Shown in pieces: positions 13,295 to 25,484 of a stretch of DNA of 64,000 nt. Positions within the stretch are counted from its first letter, which is position 1. Each line of letters starts with the position of its first letter. Source of the DNA: Vitrella brassicaformis CCMP3155 (lineage: Eukaryota > Protista > Chromerida); assembly GCA_001179505.1 (NCBI GenBank), contig CDMY01000542.1, positions 62,001-126,000 of the forward strand. Reading direction: 5' to 3'. Below the pieces are notes generated by a model that did no database searches, was not told where the DNA came from, and saw only the letters and a program-made list of their open reading frames with translations. The position numbers and the translations under genes were made by a program.

Positions 13295-13499
13295 TGCTTG
13301 CATGCTTAGGTACAAGAACCAGAAGAGTGGCCACACAAACATTCACCGCGCAAAACAGTTCTTTTCCTTCCTCGCAACTGCGGGCTTTGAAGCGATCCTC
13401 ACAAGGAGCAAAAGGAGCTGGTGCATTCGAGAGGAGGCTCTTCTGCGAGGGCCCTGCTGTTCCTTGGAGTCAATCTGTTGATTGTGACGACAGAAAATC

Positions 13500-15589
13500 A
13501 TGGCAGAATCGAAAGTAAGAGAGATGGCTCACGGCACTTCGTTTGACAATGGCACACCGGCAGAGCAGGCAGCCGACACTGTACTGCGTGACGACACTCG
13601 CAACACGGCAGAGCAGGAACAGGCAGCAGACGCAGACGTAGACGCAGAGGGAGAGGGCGAGGCAGAGAGCCTAGATCAGAGGGTAGTGACGGTTGACCCA
13701 GAGAGACCCGCCAAAGCACAAGTCAACAACTGGACTTTAGAGAGCTCTGCTGTGCTCAAGCCAGGAAGCACATGGGTGAGAGAGATAGTCTACGGGGGGC
13801 ACTCATCCATGCATCCACCGCATGAATGGATCTGTGGGCATGTGCGTTTCTGCGTGTGTGTGTGGTGTGTGCAGCTGAAGCGCTTGGTGGACAGCCCCTC
13901 CACGCCGCTGTCGGTGTTGGGGTTCATTGTGGCGGTCCTGTGCGGTATGGTATTCGGCATGTCACTCGAGAAAGGAAAGGTCAGACAGACACAGAGATGA
14001 CGGCCGCGGTGGGGCCGTGTTTGCATGTGCATGCGTGTTTTGTTTGTCTTGGCGCGTGTGCAGGTCTTCCTTCCCACGGTTATTTTCAGCCAAATGGTAC
14101 GTTCATAGCTGCCGAAGAGGTAATGGATGGCGCCCATCTGGCCTCTCTCTTGTCTACCTGTTTTGCAGCTGTTCCGCCAGTTCGTAATGCTCAAGATGTT
14201 CCTGTGTGCGGCCACATCCAGTTTAATCACACTGGCAAGAGAGCACACTCCCACAGACACAGAGAAAACAGGCCCGCCACCCGCATGAAGACCTGCCTGA
14301 ATCTGTGTGCACCTCTCTGTCTGTCCATCATCAGGCGTTCATGTCCGGTGTGATGCCTGAGCGTTTCGAGAGCACCCGGAGGTACCTGATCGACAACGAC
14401 AAGGGCTTCATCTCCGCCACCGTCGGCGCGCTCATCCTGGGTGTCGGCATGACCCTCGCAGGCAGCTGCCCTGGCAACGTCATTGTCCAGGTGAGATGGA
14501 GCAACACGCACCCACGCAACACAATACAACACACAACATGTTCTGCTGTCTCTGCGCGCAGCTCGGTGCCGGCGTGACGAATGCGTGGATCATAGTGGTT
14601 GGCGGGCTGACGGCGTCTGTCGTGTGGGGCATCTTGGACAAACCCCTAGTGAAGCCCATGGAGGGCCGCTGCAAGCCCCCCTTCAGGCGCGAAACAGTCG
14701 ACTCGTACTTCTACAAGCCCTACTGGATATGCGCCATGGGCCTGGCTGCCATGTGCGCCGCGGTGGTGGCGGTGTGCGAGTACTATGTGCCGTGGAAGGA
14801 CGATTTGCCCCCTGGTGTCAGGCTCGACAAGCACTCCAACACGCCCCTACACCCGCTGTGAGTGAAACAGCTGATCTTGTGCATCTGTCATGTGTTGCAT
14901 GTGTGCTCTTGTGTTGTGCTGTGTTGATTTGGTCTCTAGGGCTCGCGCGTGGCCGCCTGAGGTGGCTGGTGTGCTGGTAGGCGTGCTCCAGTGGCCGGTG
15001 CGGTACTTCTTCAGCGACGGGCTGGGCTCGGCCACGTCATACTGCACCATCACGGCAGTGCCACTCAAGGCCATCTTCGGCGTCGGCAAACTCTCAGAGA
15101 GATACACGGACTGTGCTGACCAGTGAGACTCACAGACGGGGGGGACACACGAGAATAGGAGAGAGACGGACACCCGGCCGTATCTTCGTCTGTGTGTACG
15201 TGTCGGTGTGGGGCAGGTCGAATTGGTGGCAGGTAGTGTACCTGTGGATCGGCGCCACGCTGGGTGCGTTCCTGTCGTCCTACTACAGCGGTGTCTTCAA
15301 CCTGCAGGACGGCTTCCACCCCGCCATGTGCTTCTTCGGCGGCTTCTGCATGCTCTTAGGCTCACGCATTGCCGGCGGATGCACCAGCGGCCACGGCATT
15401 AGCGGCATGGCTGAGCTCAGCCTCACCTCACTCGTCGCCGTGCCCATGATGTTTGCTGGTCAGTGAAATGGAAGACACAAAAGCACACATGGATCTCGTG
15501 TGTGTGGGGGCTGTGGGGTGTTGTGTTTGGTTGCAGGTGCGATTGCGACTGCCTTCATTCTCGAGGGCGCCAACGCCGCACCGGTTTAA
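13500..15589 (+). CDS. YeeE/YedE (TsuA-like) sulfur/thiosulfate transport membrane protein, multi-exon
   Basis: Hydrophobic exons with VFGMSLEKG, GALILGVGMTLAGSCPG and FGGFCMLLGSRIAGGCTSGHGISG (Cys-containing YeeE motifs). Confidence 0.8.
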
Positions 15590-17520
15590 ACAACGGGCAT
15601 GTGACGACAAGAGTACGTATTTACCTACCGGGCGCTAAGGGCACGGATCATCCATTGGTCCGTCTATCTGTCTACTCCTCCATCCATCCACCCACGCGTG
15701 TATACATGGGTCCTTTTATACCGATCGCTCGTCTTCTTGCCTATCCGCCTGCCTGTCGGCTGCGTGGATGATATCAGCGCATCACTCTCCTGTGTATATT
15801 TTTTGTCCATGTGCGGGTGGGGCCACGGGCGACGCGGATGGTTGTACAGTCTACCTGTGTGTGGGGGATCGGATGAGTGGGTGGGTGGTGAGGCCACCCA
15901 TATGGATGAATGAATGGATGGATGGATGTGTGCATGATGCATAGGGGAAAGGAAACCTTGCAGTGGGTCAACAAAGGTTTGGAAAAGTGCGGTGGCGACG
16001 TGGGAATGACACGCCGTCATTGTGGATGATGTCCGGACGTCCCTGCCGTGACTCGTGCAGGGAAGGTCGTCCACCAGCCCCTCTGTCGGCTTTGCATTCC
16101 CATTGCCCCACTGCACGAGACGCGTCACATCGATGCATATCGTATCTATGTATCTGTCTTGCGTGTGGGTTGCTGTTGAGTGTGTAGTCGGTGTGCAGTG
16201 AGTGTGCAGCGAGCGTGTAGGACAGGATCGTACACCACACTGCATGGTGTGGATGCTCGTGTGTGCGCGCAGATGAGGACACGCCAGATTTTTCGTGCAT
16301 TATTGCTCTCAACGCAACGAACGAAATGGGCAGCTGCCATCTGTCCATCAATCAATCCAACATAGACATGAACGCGTCACATCACTGCGGCACACAATTT
16401 CTCTCTTCCTTGGTCGCGTGTCGCGTCATCCTCAAGCTGACACACACGCACACACACACACACACGGCACGTGCTGTGTCTCCCTTTCTGGCACTCACGG
16501 AGTGTTGCCGATGTTAAATTGGTGTGCAACAGATGAACGCACGGTATTGCTGCCGTCAGTCAGATGAGAGCCCTTCCTCACGCTGCACTCACTCGGCTGT
16601 GCACTGTGAGCCAGCAGCTTGCCTTCAGGGGAGACATGATACCTGCTTACAGCCTTGCTCCAGCAAGCGTGTCCGGCAGACATATGCCTGTCTCTGCGCT
16701 GCATATTATGTGTACAATTCTAGCTCTCAAGGCAGAGCCACAACATCATCCAGACTCCCAGCACTGTTGCCATCCCGCCCCACCACGAGCCCCTCGCGCA
16801 CATTGCTTTGTTAACACTCGGGTTGGGCTTGGGGCAGGGATGCGCCTGTCAACTGAGTTCCGTTGACGCGTGTGCTGGCTTGATTGGCTTGATTTGTTGC
16901 TGGCCTGTTCGTGTGTGTGGTATGGATTGCTCTCGTCTGCTCTGCCTGGCTGGCTGGCTGGCTGAGTGCGGTTGTAAGACCAGAGCCGTCTGCGAATGAG
17001 GCACATCAAGTGGATGAAAGCGACAGACAGACAGACAGACAGACAGACAGAGACGGAATGGAGACGAGTGGACGTGTCGACCAACGAGCACAGCACTGCA
17101 CTTGTACCACTTCATTTATCAACACGACGGGTTTGTGTGAGTTGTGTCTTCATCTTGAAAGATTCGCACGACCATCCATGCACTGCAAAAATGGTTGAGA
17201 AAATGAGAGCAGGGCAGTGCATACAAGAGGCCGGCAGTCCTGATGCACACCCCATGCCAAAGGCAGAAGGAAAATGAGACATGGAAAGATGGAAAGACAG
17301 AAAAAGAGAAACCCCGAGCGAGCAGTGGGTAAGTCTATGCGCGAGAACGCCTTAAAGCTCTCTCAGTCGCTTAAACCTCTCCGCATCATCCCGATTCCCT
17401 AACATGCACCGCCCCAAATACACCAACTGCAGCAAAGGCATATCAAAGCACATCACCGGCGCCCACACCACATATGTCTGTCTCTTTTGCATATCCATGC
17501 TTCGAGCCTCCATACCGTGG

Positions 17521-20500
17521 CTACAACATCACCCACATGAGTGCCACCACTGCCATCCCGCCCCACCATGACTTGCTCGTATGCTTCGCCGCGTTGGCAG
17601 TAGGCTGCTCGTGAGCTTGGACTGTGATGGTGATCTTGGTCTTCTTGTCGTCCACCCCCTCCAGTATGGCCTTCATAGTGGCATTGCTCTCCCACACCGC
17701 CGGCCCCTCTGTGTCCTTCGTTCCTCTCCCCCTGCCAGGCAGGATGCAGGCATCCGTGTGGCGGACGTAGTTGCCCTGGTGAATCTGGATGTACTCGAAG
17801 CCCTCCACATTGATCAGCTCGATGCGCGGCAACTTTGTTCCATTCTCTCCCCCATCACGCCGCACAAAGCCATCGTAGGTGCCGGTTGGAATCTTCCCCT
17901 TCTTTTGGTCCTCGAGCTCGAGCGTGTGGCCGGAGGCGGTGTTGACGCCCGAGCATTGAAAAGTCCCCATGCGAGCAGAGATGCCGTTGTGCGTTGTGGG
18001 TGATTCATCCCGCGTGACGACACAAGAGAGGGTAGGAAGGCAGCTGCAGGCGACGAACCGGACCTCATATTTAGTGAGGGGCTCCTCTGGGGTGAAATAT
18101 TCCACCTTGTCTCCCACGCGCATCGACAGAGCTATATCACGAATCCCATTGTCCTCGGGAATCTCAGACACGAGTCCCTCCCTTCGCTCTATCATATCTT
18201 CGGCACCTGCAGGTAGCGACGGCGATGAGATGAACCCTGGAGATAGACAAGACAGATACCAACCAACGACACATGGATGGAAGGAGACAGATAGGCTGCA
18301 GTTGCTGATGTCTCTTTCACTCACTCACATTCTTCGAAGGTCACAGTATCAGTGACTTTCGGTGATGGCCCGGGCAACCCCTTTGGCTTCCCACGATCCG
18401 AGTACCATAGGTAGTCCTGCGGCACGATACGATAGCATATGTCACCCTTTTCAGGTACTGTGATAGGAATGCTCTCAGGACAGGGAGTCTGCTCGCCATA
18501 TTGGACTGTGACGGTGATTTTGGTGGTCTTGTCGTCGACCCCTGTCAGTATGGCCTTCATGGTGGCTTCGCTATCCTTCACCATCGGCCCCTCTGTGTCA
18601 TGCATGTCTCTTCGTGTGCCAGGGAGAATGCAGGCATCCGTGTTGCGGACGTAGTTGCCTTTGTGAATCTGGATATTCGTGAAGTTCAGCACATCCACCA
18701 GCTCGATGCGAGGGCCCAGGTTGCTGGATCCCGGATCATGCCTCACATAGCCATCATAAGTGCCGGTTGGAATCTTCCCCTTCTTTTGATCTTCGAGCTC
18801 GAGCGTGTGGCCGGATGCGCTGTTGACGCCCGAGCATTGAAAGGTCCCCATGCGAGCCGTGATGCCGTTGTGCGTTGTGGGTGATGCGTCTCGCGTGATG
18901 ACGCAAGAGAGGGTAGGAAGGCAGCTGCAGTCCACAAACCGCACAACATGACGTGTCCAGTTTAAGCCGGCGTCTTCGTCAGCGATGCACTCCAACATGT
19001 CTCCTACGCGCATCGACAGAAGTCCCTCGCGCATCTCATACGGCCACCCTCTCGTAAAGTCATACATACGCATAACTTCAGAGGTTGGAATTCTGTCTGA
19101 CCCTGAGAAGCCTGGATGCATTTTGCCATCAATCCCTGCAGGTAGACAGAAGAGACAGAAGAGACAGAAGAGACAGAAGAGACATGGACAGAGCAGACAT
19201 GGCATCCAACAATATATGTGACAATGCCTTTCTCTTTACTCACAATGTTCGAATGTCACAGTGTCATTGAGTGCGGGTGTTGGCCCGGGTAGCTTGATTG
19301 CTCCACGGCTAGGATCCCAGTACCATAAGTAGTTCTGCCGGACGACGCGACAACACACATCTTCATACTCCCCGATAAGACATCCAACTTGGACTGTGAT
19401 GGTGATGTTGGTGCTCTCATGTACACCATCTAGTATGGCCTCCATAGCGTCTTCACTGTGGGTCATCATTGGCCCCTCTGTCTCGTCCATTCCTGCCCAC
19501 TCCCCAGGAAGGATGCCACCATTTGTGTCGCGGATGTAGTTGCCTTTGTGAATCTGGATGTGCTCGAAGCCCGGGACATCTCTTAGCTCGATGCGAGGAC
19601 CAAGATTCTTTTTTCCGAGATCACGCCGCACAAAGCCATCGTAAGTGCCGTTAGGAATCTTTCCTTTCTTTTGGTCTTCGAGCTCGAGCGTGTGGCCGGA
19701 GGCGTAGTTGACGCCCGAGCATTGAAAGGTCCCTAAGCGAGAGGTGATGCCGTTGTGCGTTGTCGTGAATGGATCGCGGGTGATGACACAAGAGAGCGGC
19801 CCAGTAGTTTCAATTTTGATGGTGATCTTGGTTGGTGTGATGATAGGGGGGGCCACGCGATGAAAGACAGAGCTGTCGTTGAAATGATTCAGCCGCTCTA
19901 GTATGGCCTTGAGAGCGTCTTCACTCTTGGTCACCATCGGCCCATATTCGTCATTCATTGCTCTTCCCATACCAATGAGAATAATTGAGTGTTGGACGAT
20001 GCTCCCATGGCAAATAGAGATGCGGTCCCTCAGACAGACTTTCCATTGAGCCCACCAGTCGGACTGGCCCGCATGACATCCATCCGCCACCAGATCGATA
20101 CGAGATGTCGGCGCTAAGCCATACCCAAAGTTATCTTCATTCCCAGCGAGCATGCGGAACCCATCATAAATACCGAAAGGTATATGCCCATGAACTCCGG
20201 GAGGTATATACCCGTCTTCGAGCGTGTGGCCGGAAGCGCTGTTGACGCCCGAGCATTGAAATGTTCCCATGCGAGCCGAGATGCCATTGTGCGTCGTCAG
20301 GAATGGGTCGCGGGTGATGACGCAAGAGAGGGAGGTAGGATTGATAGCCACCAATCGATCTTCCCATGGCCCACCGCCGCCATCCCAGACACCCTGAAAA
20401 AACCTCTTGCACTCTTCGAAGTCTCCCACACGCATCGACAGGAACACGTCAATCTCCCCCCCATGATAACGCCAATAATGATATAGGCGACCACCCCACA

Positions 20501-20986
20501 TTGCCACAAAACTTAGGTCCTCAACCTCTGGCCTTTCATCTGGACGCCCTGATGAATGATGGAAGCAAAGGATGAAAGGCCGTTACCGATAGGCTGCTCT
20601 TTTACTTACAGTGTTCAATCGTGACCGTATCGTTGATTTTAGGTGTGGGGCCGTTGCCCCGCCGCACGATGCGACAACACCATACATACTGTCCGATAGG
20701 CTTCAGCTCGTGGTGGGGGTAGAAGCCCTCAGGACAGTGAGTGTTGGACGTCACGTGGGCAGCTGCACCCGCCTCTGATGGACAAAAATGAATAATTGGT
20801 ACAATGTGAGTTGGTTTGCGTGCCTTCGTGTGACGGTGCTGTTGTCGCGCGTCTCATTCAAACCAGCCGTGAGGCGGGGAAAGTGGCCTGCACCTGAAGC
20901 AGTGACATCCACACACACAATGACGGTGTGAGGGCATCGTGCATAGTACCCGTGCACGTCAACACGATGACCACAAGGAATCGCAT
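17521..20986 (-). CDS. Predicted secreted or surface protein, about 1019 aa: signal peptide, 3 degenerate FKBP-like modules, 4 DUF5675-like domains, hydrophobic C-tail
   Basis: Hand-built model with exons 20986-20950, 20893-20864, 20774-20610, 20548-19244, 19135-18329, 18236-17521 (3060 nt, frame-consistent, all GT-AG). Repeated motifs GTFQCSG..GHTLE..IPxGTY..IQIHxGN...TDACILPG and GPxP...DTVTxExW...LSMRVGD. The first two exons are less certain. Confidence 0.75.
17900..20300. repeat. Four diverged tandem copies of the DUF5675-like coding unit
   Basis: TTGACGCCCGAGCATTGAAA begins at 17942, 18823, 19708 and 20242 (spacings 881, 885, 534 bp), each preceded by GAGCGTGTGGCCGGA. Confidence 0.9.
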
Positions 20987-21367
20987 CTTGACCCGCGACG
21001 TCTGAGGGCGATCTTGCAAGCTCTGCCCCCAGATGCCCCCAGCAAGCTGTGTCTCCTCGGTATTGCGTGCGGCAGGGGAAGCTTCCGATCGATGTGCGCA
21101 TGACGGAGGACTGCGCTATGCTCTTGTTTAGGCAGACAATCGCATATGTAAGTAAGTCGGGAGCTGGAGACACATTCAGGCACGCCAGATACTTCGTTGA
21201 TTATTGCCCTTACGATACCAGACATCAATAGCCACGATCCGTCCATCAATCCATCCATCCATCCATGATACGTACCCACATCTAACACGCCACGCCAGTC
21301 ACGCCACACACAAAACGGAGACAGTCAGCAAGCTACATCTCATGGACCGCTCCTCTTTGCAGCTCTA

Positions 21368-23434
21368 CTAGCTTTCCCAGCCCCTTTCCCAGCCTCTCAG
21401 CAGCATCTGCACACTTGTCTTCGCCCAGATTGGCGAAGGCGACTCGAATATGACCAGGCGACCCACACGCCGACCCCGGAATGACCACCACACCATACTC
21501 CCGCACCAGCCACCGAACCACACACTCGTCAGACGCCCATTGGCCACCCTCACCGCCCTCTCCTCCCTCTCCGTCGGTGTCTGTCAGCTGTGACGCCGGT
21601 ATGTGCTGAGGCAGCCTGCAGAAGAAGTATATCGCGCCATCCCCGCCCTTGACGTTGCTCTCTCCTAGGAGGGATGTGAGGGCGGTCTTGACGGCTGCTC
21701 GGTTGCGCCTGACGCTGCCGAGTCGCGTGTCGTCGGCCACCCATGCTGAGCCGGCCTCCAGGCAGCCGAGGGCTACACGTTGGGAGAGGCCCGGCGGGCA
21801 GATGACGAGTGTGTCTTGAACCTGACACAGACAGATGGTTGGTGTGGTGGTGGTGGCTGGTGCGTGTCCGTGTGAGGGGCTGGCGTCTTGCTTGCTGACC
21901 TTGAAGAGGCCGCTCCTGAGGGCTTCGTTGGCCATGGGAAAACAAAGGTACCTGCATACGCACACACACACCACACAGAGATAGAGGGGGGTGAAGCGGG
22001 ATACATACATCAAGAGGGACGCACGCAGGGACATGGACATACACACACAGCTGCCTAGCCTGATCTAGCCGCCTTCAGCACCCTCTCGAGAGCAGCCGTG
22101 CTCTATGCAGCCACTCTGATGCCATCGGCCCCCACCTCTGTTCTGTCAAGGCGGGGATGCCCTCACGACGGACACAATGGAGTGCCCGCCATTCTTTCTC
22201 TCATCACCAGGGGAGCATCAGCACTTCAATCAGATTTATGTGCGCCCCTCCCTCTCTCCCTCTCCCGCCCTCACCCGATGCGCCAGCCCATCATGCCGTA
22301 TGCCTTCGAGAACGAGAAGATATTAACCACGTGATCGCCCTCCACACACATGTGCCGCCTCGAGCCATTATCGCCATCACAGTCACCATCACTGTCGGTC
22401 CACAAGAAGTGCTCGTATGTGTTGTCGACAATGAGCCAGATGCCGCGCTCGCGACACAGAGATGACAGCTCTTCAAGCTCAGCCCTGGTCAACAGAATGC
22501 CTACACACATGGACACACACAGGCACACAGCTTATCTGCAAGGGCGATAAAAAAAGGCGGAGGGGTGTGTACGATTACGTACCTGTCGGGTTGCCAGGAT
22601 TCACGACACTGACCGCACGGACGTTGCTGCTGCTCGACTCAAGCAGACGCCTGAATGAACACAGGACCACCACACCCATGAAATGCATCATCCGTTTCTC
22701 TCTCTCCCTTTCCCACTCTTACCTGAGTGCAGCCATATCGGGCCTCAGCTCATCAGTTGTGTCACACAGGCACGGCACCAGGTTGGTCATCTGACACGCC
22801 ATATAGTGGTTGAAATAGAACGGCCGAAACAGCACGACACCATCACCAGGGTCAAAGAGAGCCAAACACAGATTCACAAAGGCCTGGTTCGCTCCCACAG
22901 TGATGAACACATCGTTATCTGCCGCTGTCAGGCCGTTCTCCCTCGCGATTTTCTCCACCAGCTTTGACCTCAGCTCGGCACTGCCCTCGTCAGGGCCGTA
23001 TCTGTGAACCTCGGACGCGCTCTTGGTGAGCTGGCTGATGGCATTCTCGATGGCTGTTTGTGGCGGTGTCCAATGCACGACTCCCTGGCTGAGAGATAGC
23101 ACATCACGGTCAGCGAACTCCCTCAGCATCTTCTGTATGGCGAATCAATCAAACACAAACGCACAGGAAGACGGAGAGTGTGAGATTGTCCCATCCATGC
23201 ATCTGCTGTGATCTGTGTCTGACCTGCATGTGTACGATGCATGGCGCGTCTGTCAGTGTGATGCGGCGCGAGATGGGAGGAGGCATCCGCAAGGCCGACG
23301 GTCCTTTCAGGAGCACTCCCCAAGATCTCGGGAGCCTCGACGAGATCTCGGGTTTTCGTGATCTTGGGCTTCTCAGCAACCGGCGACAACCGTCCAGGGA
23401 GCCACGGAACCACGGGCTGCGATTTTTTTCGCAT
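21368..23434 (-). CDS. Class I/II PLP aminotransferase, ISS1/VAS1-like, multi-exon
   Basis: SLSQGVVHWTPP, RYGPDEGSAELR, ITVGANQAF, VVNPGNPTG, LIVDNTYEHF, FSFSKAYGMMGWRIG, VIPGSACGSPGHIRVAFAN. Start codon uncertain. Confidence 0.85.
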
Positions 23435-23835
23435 TCTCAACGGATCCCTGTGAAACGGATTTTATACGACGTACAACTCTCGGTCATCGTTCCCGCGCGT
23501 TGCTGGCCACGCAGGCTCATCCCCGACGACCACGAGCACTCCCCCATCTGTCCTGCGCCTGTATCTAGCTGCCCTGACCTTTTTTCCGTCCGATTGACGT
23601 GTGTGTGTTGCATGTGGTGACTGAGGAGTCTGCCCTTCGTGTGATCTATCGCAGGAGCTTACCTCCTCTGTTGGCGTTTTTTCCACTGCCTGCGCTGTGT
23701 TGTGCTTGCTGTTGTGTCTGCTTGTGAGTGAGTGAGTGATCATCGCTACTGTTGAGTGAGTGAGAGAGGGAGTGACTGTCTTTCTCCATATCGTACCTAC
23801 TGTCTGTCTGTCTGTCCGGTCGGCAGCCGGCTGCT

Positions 23836-25453
23836 ATGAGGAGTCACCATCATGTTTTCTTTCGTCGTGGAGCATTTATCGCCGCCTTTGTTCTCCTGGC
23901 TGGCATCTTCGATCAGCACCACCCGGCCTCCGCCCAGGCCTTCCCCTTTCCCAACTTCAGCCTCCCGAAGCTGCCGTGGGACTCAGCGCCAAGCCCGTCA
24001 TCCCCCACCCCCAAATCAGCATCGCATCGAGATGACGACGCTCTTGTCCACCATCCCCTGTGCGACTGGCTGAAGCAGCAGAAGCAGGCCATCCAGGACG
24101 CGGCTGACCACTTCATCGACGCCACTTCGTCAACGTCAACGACATCGCATGAGGTGCCCATCCCCCTCTACGAGCAGAAGAATGCCGGCGAGACCGAGCG
24201 GTACGTCATCGAGGGTGGCGCCTACAACAACCGGCAGCAGCGGGAGAGCGCCGGGCTCTTCGGGCTCGGCCTGCTGCCAACTTATGAGGACAGCTCCCAG
24301 CCCAAGATCGAGTGGACGTCGCTCGTCAAGAGCATGCTGGTGCGGCGAGCGTCGGACGACGAGCTCAACCACCTGAGCAACAGCAAGCCTTTCCAGCTGG
24401 TGGGGCTGCAGGTCTCACTGCCGCGCAAGATCGACAAAAAGGTGGAGGAGTTGCTGGCAGAGATGGAGGGCGAGCTCGGCGGGGAGGGCGGCGCTGCGGC
24501 AAGCGAGGCGGAGAGGGAGACGATGGCTGAGGAGCAGGTGGATTTGGTGGTCAGGGCCGTGCTGCGCGAGGAGCTGCAGCTGTCCGCACAGGACGCCATG
24601 CAGAAGGCATACGCAAAGTAAGCGACCCGACACACTCATCCACACGCACGGACCCACTGACGCCATCTCTGTTCTTCTGTTTCAGGGGCCACGTGACGAC
24701 ACACAAGGAGAGGAAGCAGCACATGACCAAGATCCACGAGGAGCGCGACGCCCTCATCAAGTCGATCATGCAGCCCATCCGTGAGAAGGTGGAGGCCATG
24801 GGTGGGCAGGGCCGGGAGATCTTCTCGATCAGCCCCACCATGCGCATCACCTTGCCCTTGGGTCGAGTGCGTGAGCTGGTGTCGATGGACGAGGTTGAGC
24901 TGGTGTACAAGGAGGAGGAGTTTGAGAAGGAGGTGTGCGACGGCAGCGACCTGCGCAAGATACACCAGTTCGACAACTTCCTGGACGACGGATACACTGG
25001 AGAGGGTACCGTCACCCCTCGCCCACTCCCCCCCCACCCCCCCCCTAGACACACAGAGACGACCCCCTACTCTCTGTCCATGTGGTTGGTGTCTGCAGGT
25101 CCGAAGGGCAGCAGTCCCGACATTCCCATCGGTGTGTTTGAGATCGCAACCATCAACCCCCACCACCCCGGATGGCTCGACTGTGGCGACGGCATCGAGG
25201 AGGAGGGCACACACGGAGAGGCCTGCATCAACGGCAAGTTCGGCAGGTTCATCAAGACCTTCTCATGCATCCAGGAGAGCGGGTGCAACGAGACGTCGAC
25301 ACTCAACAGGCCCTATGACGAGCACGCCATGGGTGTGGCCTCCGTTCTCTTTGGGGACGTCACTGGCGGACAGGACCCTGGTATCCAAGACAAAATCGCG
25401 CAGGTACGTGAATCGAGAGAGGGACACACACACACACACACACACACGGGGAG

Positions 25454-25484
<31 letters not shown>

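Noticed and set aside
17900-20300. CRISPR-like or transposon repeats
   Set aside because: The repeats are 530-890 bp apart and are coding domain duplications.
17521-20507. A prokaryote-like operon or integrated phage of three overlapping ORFs
   Set aside because: ORF ends coincide with canonical, phase-matched splice sites containing host-style repeats; there is no integrase, terminal repeat or other viral gene.
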